64,000 bases of DNA from Eledone cirrhosa (taxonomy: Eukaryota), in contig OZ024743.1 of assembly GCA_964016885.1 (NCBI GenBank), positions 10,788,001 through 10,852,000 on the forward strand. The letters run 5' to 3'. The notes under the pieces were generated by a model, which saw only the letters and a list, made by a program, of their open reading frames with translations, did no database searches and was not told the DNA's origin. The position numbers were made by a program, and so were the translations under genes. Shown here piece by piece: positions 50,461 through 64,000 of the stretch (its first letter is position 1; every line of letters starts with the position of its first letter).

Positions 50461-53400
50461 CGTGTTGTGTGCTCACAAAACATTATTATATATTAATTTA
50501 ATTATATAAACTTGCATAAAACTGTGTCCCTTTAAGGTTCATTAATGCGCCTCTCAGAGTTCTACGCTCTATGCCTAGTTTACCTAATTGTAGCACCGTT
50601 AGTTACAATTCGAATACACAGGATGGTGTTCTTCTACACAACTATGGGCAGTGTGAAGTATACAATTGTACAAATTTGAACTAAGGGTTTTTGACATTGA
50701 GGTTTTAGTGTTACATCTATTGCTAGTTTCAGACCTGGCAACTCTCCCCGTCCGACGGGAAGATCTCCCACCCACTTTAAGGTGAGTGAGAGATGTCTTC
50801 TCTTGTGAAAATGGGTATAGCTTTCACTATGTAAAATCTCCCCACTTTGCCTCATTTCTCCGCGTTTTGGGCACTTTTTTCGTGGTTTGGGTTTTTAGAG
50901 ATTGTCAGGTTTGTAGTTTAGAAACGATGTCAATTGTTAGTTTGATCAAATATGACAATAAATACCAAACAGGAAGACATTGAACTATTTTCTTTTTTTT
51001 CTTTTCATTTCCATAATACCATATCGAAGCTTTTATAATAAACATAACCATTAAATTGGAGATATGTTAGTGAACGCTAGCGACTGATAATAATCAAACA
51101 AGAACGTGGCTGAATGTAGGAAAAATTGTAGACATTAAATGTATGGGACGAATAAATAGTTGAAAAGAAACAACTTAGAATAGCTATGTATAATTTATAT
51201 ATTTATTATATTTTTTCTTGGGTGTTTATCTGTTCGTTGGAGCAATGAGAGAAAAGCATATGAAGGAGTTGTTTATGTACATATGGTACGGTCAAAACAG
51301 TAACCAATCATCGAGACTCTATAGAGAACAAAGGTGTCTGATCGTAGAACAACTGTTGATTTGAACAGTCCGCTTGACTCTGCATAACCCTGACGCCCTC
51401 CATAAGCTTCTTAAACGCCCTTCAATCACCTAACTTTGGACAACTGACGAGGCCATTATCAGAATTTAGTTTCTAAAGAAATCAAACGAAGAGGACAAAC
51501 AAAATCTCTCTCTTTCTTTTACCCCACCTCTGAATCGGCACACCACAAACCAGTGAATATACTCAGGTTTAATAAATGTTCTATCAGTCTCTGAGTGGCG
51601 CCAATCTGCTTTTTGAAAGCCTCTTGTCGATTGAAAATGTCCGTGTGTTTCACTAGTGGGGTCATTACGTGTAGTGCACTCGCGTTAATTGCTGTCTTTG
51701 TTGGAATTTCTTTATTTTCCTTGAGGCTGCACTAATGATTGCTAGAATTATGTGCACTGACGTTCCTCCTGCTTCGAACTTTCAAACTTGAATGTCTATT
51801 TCTCCTTCTCTTTTTTCTTCCTGTTTTCTTTACCTTCTTTCTTTCTGCCTTTTTTTCTTCCTTCTTTTATATATATTTTTTTAATTCTTAGTTGTGAAGT
51901 ATTTTTTTTTAAAGTTGAGTCACTATACCATACGATTCAAGTCTTTCCGTACAGGCATTCCATTGTACATACTTTCATACATTTATAACATAAGCACATA
52001 TTTGTAAGTATGTGTGTGACAGAAAGTGTATGAATGTGAATGTGAGAGTGTCTGTACGTGTGAGTGTATGAGTATGTGTGTGTCTGCGAGTGAGTGTGTG
52101 TGTGAGTGAGCGTGAGTGTGTGCGCGCTTTTGTCTACTGGATTTGTGGGAATGTGCATTGAAACTCATCAAAACGTTTAATTCTTTTAAATGTAAGTTAG
52201 CTTTAGGAAGAATACCGTTTTTCAACCTTCTGTCCAATATTTAGTTTACTAGATACAAAAGCCCCAAAGATCAGACAGAAAAGTGGAAAAAAATGGGAAA
52301 TTGTTCTCGTCCTATCTTTTTTTTTTTTTGTTATCATGAACACTGTTGGTCTTACGCAAATCATGATGAATGAAGCTTGAATCTGAACCCAGCTTGTGGG
52401 CTCCAAGTGTTCATGATATTTATAGACACTCTCAAACTGATACCATCGATGCGGTTGGGGTCGATTTTGAATTTGTATACATCAGCTTGCAGAATAAAGA
52501 TTGCTGGAGAAAGAATTCTAGAATCCAGCATCTCCGGAGAAGAGGCTAGGTGAATTATTTAGTGCTGAATAGAGGAGAGACTGAAACAGTAAAGATGGCA
52601 TGACAAGGAAGGATAAATGGAGGTGAGATAAATTTTAATAATTTAAAGGAAGAGAACCCAGTACAATAGTTATAGAAGAAACTAAGACATGAAACAGTGC
52701 ATCAGTGAGTTAATAGTTGAAGTATGTTTAATTTAAATGGTTTCAGTCAATTGACAGCAGCTATGATAAGGCGTCACTTTTAATGGATTCATTTTGTCGA
52801 TCTTATCAACCGCAGTTTGGTGCTTTTTTTGTAGTTTGAATAAGTTACCGTTTTGACAAAACGCCAGTTTTATCAAACATATTAACACAAATACGGACAC
52901 ACGTACACAAATGCACGTTCAAACATACTTATGTGTGTATTCTTATATATGGTTTGGGTTGGACGAGGCATTACAGATCAAGCCAATACTTAATAAGAAT
53001 TACTGTCGTTCTAGACGTGTTGGGGGACCAAGCCTTACGCAGACATTCATTTTTTAGCATAGTTTCTATTGCCTTGGCTGCCTGTCAAAACACAGTTGAC
53101 TACTTTCGGAGAGAGAGGTGAGAGAAAGGAAACGACAAAAAGATATAGAGGAAGAATCGAACCCAGTACTAGACTCGTATTTTATTTATTGCACTCGAAA
53201 TCATGAAAGGCAAAGTTGACTTAGGCAGGGTTTCAACTGAGGCCACAGAAAGCCAGACTGAATACAGTAACTAGATAAACACTGCTGATCGATTCTATTG
53301 CTATTTCTTATCGAATTATCAAGTTACTTGATATCATGTTAAAACCATTACTATCTTATTAATAAAATTAAATATCTGAAGCTAAATAGATTGATAAATA

Positions 53401-55320
53401 GAGCACTGTTTTATTGTAAATTGTACATCTTTGCTTCTGGAATTATCGCAACATGTCTTGCTAGATTTTCGTACTTGTTTTCGAAGAGTTTCACGCCCCT
53501 GAAACAAATGCAAGCACCTCGTATAATACATATCTCGTAGAAACATTTGCATCTGTACAACCTAGACTCCTACAAACAAATACAATATATAAGCCCTTTG
53601 TCAGCAATAACACTTAGATTTTCATGTTTAGTAGGAAGAAAAGTCTTACTTAAAGGTTACCTCAAACGTATTAAGACTGAAACCTAATTGTCCTTATTAA
53701 AACTAACTTCTGCGTGTCATAATGAAGATCGTTGTAATAGAAGAGAAGCCAATCGCTGAAATTCAAAATGAAAGGGTGTACCAGCATAAACTGGCTGGTG
53801 AAGAGAAAAGATTGATAACTTTGTGGGTCATATCTTACATCGAGGTACATGAAATAAATATTCTTCATATAATAGAATTTTTAAAAAGGTTATGGCATTT
53901 AAGAAGATTTAAAAAATCGTTGTTGACATCTATTATAATGATTAACATCCCTTGTATGAACATACGAATTTAATACACATTTCCCTCTTCAGAGTTATAA
54001 ATTGTACTGTTTTGTATGTCTGTGTTTTATTAAACACATATGTTGAACTTGGAAAATATATGATACAAATTTAGGTCAGTGATGTAATGATGAATGAAGT
54101 CAGGTAAATCATGTAAAAACTGTTCTCATTTTCGGCACACATTCAACAGAAGAGCATCGTCTGGTAGATTGGTTTCTCAATATAATGATATAAAAATAGG
54201 ACAAAATTTATTTTCTCTGTAAAAAAAAGTGAACGTGTGAATATAAAATGATTTAATGGGTAGTGAAATGTCTCTAAATACAATGAAGGTGAGTGACTGC
54301 AGATGGAATGTTCTCAGGAAGAGAAAAATCGATCGAAAACCTAGACCTATATATTTCTATATGAATTTAAATGACAGGCAGAAAACAGCCAAAATTGAAT
54401 TTTTCAGTTAATATCTTCCATTCCTGTTATATATATTTTAATTGTTATTCATTTTCTCAACCACTATTTCCTGCATTAATAGCAATTTCCTGACATCTTG
54501 CTAGTCTTCGGTGATAAAACTGGCTAAAAATAAAATTAAATTAAGCGGACAGAAGAAAATAAAATTATCAATTAAATAACAAATTTATTTTCCCCACAGG
54601 TGGATGGTTTCTGCGCCAGAAATAAATGCCATCTTCTTTGGAATGGCGCTAGCAAATAATAGCTTCATTATGTGATCTAGAAAGGAGGGCCATTATTAGA
54701 GTTGGCTATTGTTTTTATTTTTATTTTTTTAAATTGTTTTCTTCACAAGTGAGAAGGGAAGGAGGAAAATCATAATTAGACAAATATATTTTTATCTTCG
54801 CAGAACTAATTTAGATAATGTAACGAACCATACCTGAAGGGTTTTCTGGAGACTAGAAAATAAACAATCCTATTTTTGTTTCCTTTTTATTTTCCTAAAC
54901 GTTTTTCTCATACATTTTCAATCCCCAACGAATATATATATATACCTATACAAAAGCAATTTATTTATATCATATCAGAAATATTAACCTTAAACATTTG
55001 TGTGTTAATGTATGCTAACTCCACCTACATTGGCTTCGAGTTTAGAGAAAAGGAAGCTGTATAGCAAGCCTGGTTATTTCATCATGCCGAAATCTATTTT
55101 ACTTCAAAAACTATGAAGTGAACCTTTATCGTTCATTGCTGTACGAGCTCTATCTATGAGACATATATGCGTACAAAGATATATGCGCACATTCATATAT
55201 ATATGCATGCATATATACATACGTACATACAAGCATACATACACACATACATACATTCGTACATATATATATATAGAGAGAGAGAGATGTTTATGCACAC
55301 AGACGCGTAGGCACATGCAC

Positions 55321-55777
<457 letters not shown>

Positions 55778-56659
55778 CTACAAACTCATTACAAGACTTA
55801 CACGTTTTAAAGCTACTAGCAGAAAAACCACCTACGGGGGGTTATCTGCTAGCATGTGTAGTGTGTATATTGATATTATACGCAAGTATATATACATGTA
55901 GATATGATACGTCAAATAAAATCGTAATTGACAATATACACAGAAATTGAACGAAGACTGCGTTACACTGTCTTATGTAATCAGTAAAGTAATCCACGAT
56001 ACATTAAAAAAGATGATATTATATATAAACTGCATTAGGAGAAAATTAGTGACGGAAATATATGAATGTTTATTTAAGCGATTGCTAACCGGAAGTGTTG
56101 ACATTTGAAAATGTTAAATAAGTGAATCTTAAAATAAGTAAGAAAATTATTTATATTTAATCAAGAATAACGAAATTTAGTAGATAAATTATGTAATATT
56201 CATTCATTATTTATTCAAAGTACCAGTAATGCACTGGGTAATTGCTGGCCTTGTGCCTAAAGTAGAAACAATTATTTATTCAAAGTAATCCAACTTATTT
56301 TACAAACGGGATAAAAAAGTATATATTCTGGACGCAGTCCCGCACTTTATTATAGTTTAGATTGTCATTATATTGGGTCATCAAGTATGAAGTTTGTAGA
56401 AAATATTTTTTTTTCCTACAAATTTCTACAAATTTCTTACTTGATGACCCATTACATATACATGAATGCATTTTCCAAGGATTAACAATCAAACATATTA
56501 GTGTATTTGTGATCCCGTATGTCTGTATCGTGCGTAAGGCATGTATGGGCAAACACAAATGTCTTCACAACAAGTAATTCAAGATATAACAGTTTGTGTT
56601 ATAAGTGAAAAAATATGAGATGTGTTTATTGTGAGTCTTTTGTCAGAAGTGAAAAAAAT

Positions 56660-58920
56660 TAGGAAAGCGTCTGTACCCAGTCCTTTCAGCCATGTCAACC
56701 ACACACCCTCTCCCACAGCCATCAGGCAGAGGAAAAATGCCTGTCCTTTTCGGCCTAAAGAAAGCAGTGGGGCGATCTTCACAATTGACTCTGTTGATAG
56801 CCGGATCCGCCCTACACGCGACAACAGCTGTTCGACAAAGCTCCACAGGTCAGTAATTGTTTCTACGTTTGGCACAAGGCCAGCAAATACCCAGTGTATT
56901 ACTGGTACTTTATTTTATCGACCCCGTAAGAATGAAAGGCAAAGTTAACCTCGGCAGGATTTGAATTCAGAATGGCAAGGGCCGTAACTCTATGCGTCAA
57001 AGCATGGCGTCCGACCCTCTACCGATACTGCCAATCCACCAGTAATGCACAGACACTGGACGAGTGCGTGCAGAACGGTTTCGTCGCACTGTGTAAATCT
57101 CGGACAGGTCTGTCTGACCGTACTTCTGTGCCTGTAGAGTTTATCTCTCGGGTGCACTGCTAAGTCACAGATTTCTGAAAGTTGTCCATGGTCCCCGACT
57201 CGAAAGTTCTCTGGAAGAGACTGGTCAATTCAATTTTGTCAACGTCCAGAGCCTCTCCGATAGCGTCATCGCATTTGTTCACCACTAATCTTCTATAGAA
57301 TTCTAGAGTGGTTTTCAACTGACCACATTGCCCGCCGGTTAGAGAGCAGTGAGCGCTGGACAACAATCCAGAAGCCAGGCACCAAGTCCCGGTCTTCGCC
57401 TGACAAACAACTACAGATCCGAGCTGTGGAAAGATTTGTCTCACAAACGGCTACCATTTAGCCATATCTGGAGATGCCGTAGCCTCAGCGCATGTTTGCA
57501 CGTCATCAGTCACGCCATGCCCAGCCCTCCACGTAGATGGTGCTGGCGGCAGATGGACCGCCTCAGCAATGGAACCTGTCCCTTCCACGAGAAGTTGAAA
57601 AGCACGTGTTCTTATTTGGTGAGGCCTGAACGGGGGCAAGATACGTCGGTCAGGTCGTATCGGGTGAAGAAGTGATGTGCACATTTTCCCCCTCCACCCG
57701 ACCTTTCAGGGATAGCTTCCTCTCGGTTTATTTCTTGATGAGAGTGGCAATCCTATTCGTTACCTCGACCCAGCACTTATCCTCCTGGAGGTCTGGCCCA
57801 AACCAAACCCCGAGCAATTTCACCGGTCCATCCCTCCATCTTCCGATGACGCTGTTGAACGGCAAGAATTTGACCACCCAGGAGACGAGTTGCCAACCTA
57901 CCGACTTTTCCATTGTTCGTATTATCTGACGTAGCCCTTCCACGTCCAGGTTCAAAGGGATGCCCTGTAACAGCTCCAGCTTCCACAGCAAAGGCTCGAG
58001 AGTCAATTTTTACAGAAGGAAAGAGAGAGGGCATCTTTGACCTACCGAGCGAGCAATTTGAAACGGTGTCCGTTGACTTTGATCCCCAAGCCGATGCCGC
58101 TGTGCATTGTATCAATCCAGCATCTAAAGACGGGACCGAAGCCGACTGCCTTGAGGACAGCGTCCAAGTATCAATTTTTTACCCTCTCGCAAGCTTTTGA
58201 TTGATCCGAATTGATCAGAGCACCACCGAAGCCACATTTACTCCCTACACTCACTATTATGTATCACATGAGGTGGTGGTTGTCATGTATGAACCTGGCC
58301 GTGATTGCGCACGACTGTGCCTCCCCTACCAGGCTCTCGGCGACAAGCGTTAACCACATTGCTCGCACTTTAGCTAAAATCTTAAACTCTGTTTTGCAAA
58401 GTTATGAATGGAGATTATCAATTTCTTCCCTCTTGTTCTTACCTTTCTTCATCAGCGTTACTCCGCCCCCACTCACAAAATTGAGAATACTCCCAGGGAT
58501 CGGAGAACGTACAACTTAAAGGGCAGACCATCCAATGCGAGTGGTGGTGTTTCCCGCATCTCGTCTGATATCAGTTTTCACGGCACTCTGCACCAGTCAC
58601 CGAGAGTCTCGGCAGAGTGTCGAGGTAGGAAATGAAATCCGCTCCCATCACCAACGCCCCACACTCTCCAAACAGTCTTACAAAGTGCTGGTGGAATCAA
58701 CCAGTAGCCGCTCGTCTCGGTCCGTCAAAGAACGAATTGAGGTTTTTGTTGCTACGCTGCACCTCTGCCACTCTGGACCATCGAACAGCTTTCGTTCCCT
58801 CGTTTCTTAGAGCAAGCACCTTAGTTACGACAATGCAGCCTCCATGTGTACCCTTAACGTAATTCTCAGGGAGATTCAGTATGACACAGTGTGTGACAAA
58901 GGTGGCCCTTTGAATTACAA
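56660..58920 (-). mobile_element. Decayed L1/Tx1-type LINE (RT plus CCHC), interrupted by a SINE
   Basis: EFKILAKV, AQSCAI..RFIHDNHHLM, INSDQSKA, VKLLGVWFGP, CPRFTQCDETVLHALVQC; homologous to 24.4-25.9 kb. Confidence 0.8.
56858..57039 (-). mobile_element. Young SINE family A copy with 7-bp TSD
   Basis: cagtaat at 56851-56857 and 57040-57046. Confidence 0.88.
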
Positions 58921-58944
58921 GTGCCATCTATCCGACCGGCCTCC

Positions 58945-59090
58945 AAACAATTTCCGTCTACCCAATTTCATTCCTAAGGCATGGATCAAATCGAGGTGAT
59001 GTTAGATGACACTTGCCCAAAGTACTAGTCTGGGATCAAACCCATAACATAATAATTGCGAATCGAATTTCTTAACTATTCGGCCATGCT
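58945..59090 (-). mobile_element. SINE family B copy
   Basis: Reverse complement has tggccgaatagttaag, gtttgatccc, ttgggcaagtgtc and gtagacggaaa. Confidence 0.6.
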
Positions 59091-59864
59091 GTGTCCACAA
59101 ATACAAGGTAAACTCATATAACCCAACTGTCTAGGTATTTTACTCTACCTTAGTTAATCATCAAGTTAGTATTTATTGAGGGGTAAATAACATGACCCCT
59201 ACAACAAAATAAACACTTTAAAGGTCTCGCAATAAACCATTCTACATCCCCTATCCAAGTAGTAATCTGTCAGAATAATTTAATGATTGTCTTTAGTGGG
59301 TGGGTTTGTTCAGATTTAGAGATATACCACAAGTGACCTTATTTTTATCTGCCAATAATATATATCAGTTGAGTGTTGAAGCTTCTGTTCGCTCCAGTAC
59401 ATTCGCAGTTTGTTGAACATAGATTCACAGCAATTTAGCAGTTGCTTAGACGGTCAAAGGGACCCTGACACTTAGGAATATACGGCGAAAATTTATGGCT
59501 TGACCTTTGCCTAGCATACATTTGTCGCTTGGTAGTAACGACGAAACAAAAGAAAGAAAGAAAGAAAGAAAGAAGAAAAGGGGAGGAGAAGGATAAGAAG
59601 AATCCGTTAGATGATGAAGTAGGATAATGAGGAGAACCACATGGTGGGATTATTATAATAATAATCATTCATTACTGATAATTAATAATGGAGATGGATG
59701 AACATGGTTGATTCAGATTAAAATGTAAAAGTGGTTTACAATATCTGTATCATTTTCAGTGCATTTCTCCCGCTATCATTTTGGTTAAGGCATTTGCCAT
59801 TCTGTTAAAAAGAACTATGAAGCAGCATCTATCTGAGGTTTTTGCAAAGGGCATGAGACACGTG

Positions 59865-60098
59865 AATCCTTAACTCCTGATGTAGTCATAGGGGCGCCAC
59901 TGTAAGTATTTAAACCTAATGGAGCCCATACCTCTTTAGGCCTTATGCTACAAAAAGAAAGAGGAGTGAGAAAAAAGAAACATAGAAGAATCGACTCTAG
60001 GTCACAAAATTGACCTCGGTGGGATTTGAAAACTGTGTGCCGGAACGAATACCACAAACTTTCTATTCGACGTTCTAACAACTCTAGCAATTCGTTGC
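59865..60098 (-). mobile_element. SINE A head plus alternative 3' module, second copy
   Basis: Homologous to 37395-37710. Confidence 0.55.
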
Positions 60099-60455
60099 CT
60101 TTCTATCTGCTTGATTAGATATACATTTGACGGGATCGTATCGGACATGACTACATTTTATGAGAATTTCCAAATAAATAAATAAAACAAGCTACACGAT
60201 GAACAGTTAAATTTCTCTTTTAAAATAAAACAAATTGTAGGTTCTAAACGCAAACTCAATGCCAGTAAATAAGTAAACATTCTCTTCACATTTATATCAC
60301 TTCTTTTCGACTGGGTGTTGAGATCTTGTCGAAGCTTAATATACTACAACTAATAAAAGTAGTATGCATATGCATATGACACTATATGTTTGGTACATAT
60401 CTTAGCTTAGATTTGAGATTTGAACAGCTAGTCTGATTGAAGTGATATAAATGTA

Positions 60456-60806
60456 CTTTCGGGTCCCAGATAATAGAGGTGAGGGGGGGGGGGGGGGCAT
60501 TTGCTTAAATTCTTATAAGAGGGTGGGGAGGATAAACGGGAGTTGGGAAATCCGTAATTGTGTAATGTACGTTCGTAAATATGGGATTTCTTGTAATTTT
60601 TTTTTTTTTTTTTTTTTTTTGTCATATACAATGTTTTTTAATGTAAAATAAAATTATTAGATTCTCCCGCTGCTGTATCCATATGAACCACTTAAATAAC
60701 ATTTCGCCGGAGATAGAATAGCAAAAGTTAATAAGCGAGGGTGTTGGAAAAATTTGAAGAATTAATAAGTGAGGGGTAGGTGGGGGGATTATTTAAGATC
60801 TGGGAG
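60456..60806. mobile_element. Tc1/mariner-type MITE with TA target duplication
   Basis: TA|ctttcgggtcccagataat ... attatttaagatctgggag|TA imperfect TIRs; internal aataag(c/t)gaggg repeats. Confidence 0.5.
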
Positions 60807-62084
60807 TAGTTTTAAACTATTTTTTACTTATGGTGAACGTTAGAATAAGTAAAAATAGTTTGGTGAATTTTGTAGTTCAGTTCGAAAATGTTTATATATG
60901 TTAACATAGCATAAAATAGAAATATAGAGGAAGTAAAAATACGGAAAAACTATTTGTTCTTCTTTAATCAATGGAGCCAAGTTATCACTGAAAAACATGT
61001 GCTTGGTCTATTTTGGCAACGTTTTTTTAAATTCTAGCTTAGTTGATTCCCTATATTTTCAGTTACATATGAACTTAATTACGAATTTTTATTTGTATTT
61101 TTCACATTTTGAAATAGCGCACCTAGTTACATCTCACGGTGCACAGTTTGGTAACCATTACTCTTGTATCTACTAGAAAGTAAGCAATCAGGGCTGGTAA
61201 TCAAATAAACATAGGAATTGTAAGTCAGTTTAAAAGTGATAAAAGGCGGAGTTACAATATTTCATCCAAAATATAAAATTATTTTTCTTAAAACAACATA
61301 TGCTGAGGAGGTAAACTGGCAGAGTGGTTAGGGTGTCAATTTAATATCTCAGTTCAAATCCTGCCGAGATCTTCGTCTTTTATCATTTCGATGTTGATAA
61401 ATAAAGTATTTGTTCAATACTTGGGTCGCTTCTTCGTCTATCACTCTTTATCAATCTTTCATCTTCATTGATAAACATGCTATGAATATTTGAATTAACA
61501 AATCCATTTTTAAATATTTTCTGCTAAATCATTACAGGATGTTAAGAGTTAAATCTAATTTATGTTGGATCATATAATTTCCATAAGACAAGGAAGATCT
61601 TAATTATTTTCATTACAGCATCGTTTAACATAATATACAGACTAAGGGAGATTATTGATGATTGCCGATAAGTCTAAATCTGAGTTGTGTCCCTGAACGT
61701 TTCGTTAATTTAAACAGGGATAGACATTATAATCAGTTGGCGTCAATCGGCAGAAATCAGATTGGAAGTAAAAGCTGGAGTGTGGATTGTTGATCTGTGA
61801 AATGATATATAAACAAGGTTTATATAAATGCTGGATTTTATTAATTTATCAGAAAATGTGATAAAATTTATACAATATAAATGGCAATGAGGAAACAAAA
61901 TAAAATTAAATTAAAATAATGAGAAGGAAAAAAAAAAATAAAAGTCAAAAACAAATTAAGCAACGAAAGAAAGGGAAAGAGAGGGAGCGACAGACTCTAC
62001 ATCTCAGTCTGAGAGGTATTATGCTGTTGCGTTTCCTTTCATTTTCTTATGAATTCTTTTCATTTCTTTATTGTCCCGGTTGTC

Positions 62085-62235
62085 ATTAATGGGTTCGCTT
62101 CGCAACCGCATGATGTGAAGTTCAGCCCCACTACAGGACTTGGGTAGTGTCATCTTCTATAGCCTCAAGTTGACCAATGCCTTATAAGTGAAATTTGTTA
62201 GACGGAAATTGTGTGGAATCCCGTCGTATATATAT
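62085..62235 (+). mobile_element. SINE family B copy
   Basis: ttctatagcctcaagttgaccaatgcctt...tagacggaaa...cccgtcgtatata. Confidence 0.65.
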
Positions 62236-62376
62236 GTGTGTATATATATATATATATTTTTTTTTTTATTTTTTTATTTTATAGAAGGAGCTTCTATAAA
62301 ATAAAAAAAATTTTACTCTGCCATGTATTGAGTACCTTACTTACTGTGGTTATCCCCGACTCAACCCGGGACCTAC

Positions 62377-62485
<109 letters not shown>

Positions 62486-62717
62486 TGTGTGTGTGTATAC
62501 AGTGGCGGACTGGGTCTAAAAATATTGGTTGCCAGGAGATGAAGGGGTCCCACCTACATATAGAATGCTATCATTTAATTTGTATAATGAATAAATAACA
62601 TTTTCGAAAAATACATAAGTAGAAACAAAACCGTGCAATCAAATGTTTTGGGAAAAGTATTTTTACCTTCTCCAATAAAAAATATTATGTATTTTGCGAG
62701 ATCCAGAGACTTTCAAT

Positions 62718-63165
62718 AATGACCAGAAGTCGACCCTAAGTATTACTAATAGCACTAGGAAAGCTATGAATGACACCACATATTTTTAACTTTGATTTTG
62801 AAAGTAGGTTTATAATTATCAATTTTCGTTATACTTTTGTAGCTGTCTCAGTGGTCTAGTTGGACGAATCATAGACGATGCTGATCGTGGTCTGAAGTTC
62901 GATCCTGGCCGGGAGTAGGGTTCCCGTTAAACATTTTCAATTTTTTTCTATTGGTTGTAAATAAAAACTAAAATAGATTGAACCCAAGGTCAGGATCTCT
63001 ACCGTCTTTAGTACTTACCGCTAGGCCACAGAGACATCAACGAAAATCTTATGAAAATTCAGACTTATAAACCTACTTTCAAAATTTTCCAAACATAATG
63101 ATGTGGTGTCGTTCATGTCTTTCTTAATGTTATTGCTCCTACTTAAGGTTGACTTCTAAATCATT
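62718..63165. mobile_element. Foldback/MITE-like element with long imperfect TIRs ending in tRNA-like sequences
   Basis: Paired blocks agaagtcgacc/ggttgacttct, atgaatgacaccacat/atgtggtgtcgttcat, attttgaaagtaggtttataa/ttataaacctactttcaaaat, tgtctcagtggtctag/ctaggccacagagaca. Confidence 0.75.
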
Positions 63166-63544
63166 TGGGTGTTCCATAAACTACATCCTCGTTTTGTTTC
63201 TCATCTATCTAGACTATATTTTAAGCTGTAATCCATGTTTCATTTCTGTTGCACCCCCCCCCCCCCCCCCCACACACACCCCACCTCTCTCTCTCTCTTT
63301 CTCTTTGTGATATTTGAATCTACTATGATTTAAACTTACCTTATTCCTATATATATGTTTTTGCATGTCGGTTAGATTCAAACTTATAATGATTGGCATT
63401 ATAAATATATATAGTTAGGAAGCAGAAAATTGCTTATTGTAATCCAGTTCGTGGTTAAGAAAGCCAGTTTCATGGACGGTTTCAACGTCCGGTTAGGGGT
63501 AACTTCACAAGTTTGTAAGAATCACGTTCAATATTGGAGTATAA

Positions 63545-63861
<317 letters not shown>

Positions 63862-64000
63862 TATATTTTGAGAATAAACTCTCAGTCGTTTACAATAATT
63901 AAGCTCCAGGAAGGGGCTCTTCCGAGCAGTTAAATACATTTAAAATATATGATAAACACGAAATGTGTTTATATTGCAACAGACAAAGTTAGCTATTAAT

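Noticed and set aside
51443-51495. Hammerhead at CTGACGAGGCC
   Set aside because: No complementary closing strand for stem II and no correctly placed GAAA

Overview
AT-rich, microsatellite- and transposon-dense eukaryotic DNA. The SINE families, RTE 3' ends and (TA)n/(CA)n/(ATT)n tracts resemble a cephalopod (octopus-like) genome; this is inference. No intact host protein-coding gene is visible. Most of the ORF track is microsatellite noise or retroelement debris. Main contents: (i) non-LTR retrotransposons, including a near full-length R4/Dong-type element in (TAA)n at 25.9-29.5 kb, two young near-identical RTE copies at 15.8-19.9 kb with a PHD-like zinc finger, several older RTE fragments and two L1/Tx1-type relics; (ii) an internally deleted Penelope-like element (PLE) at 6.6-7.9 kb; (iii) many tRNA-derived SINEs and several MITEs; (iv) a 6272-bp tandem array of 128 x 49-bp hairpin-forming units at 38352-44623. 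The most interesting signals are RNA-level. There is a set of hammerhead-ribozyme motifs (8.0, 14.5, 50.4 kb; half-sites at 14.4, 44.7, 63.6 kb) tied to fold-back structures. Every unit of the hairpin satellite carries CUGAUGA on the minus strand. One foldback element carries two convergent tRNA-like Pol III promoters (62.7-63.2 kb). CpG decay appears stronger left of ~37 kb, suggesting a methylated gene body. Relic boundaries are approximate, and all alignments and folds were done by eye.
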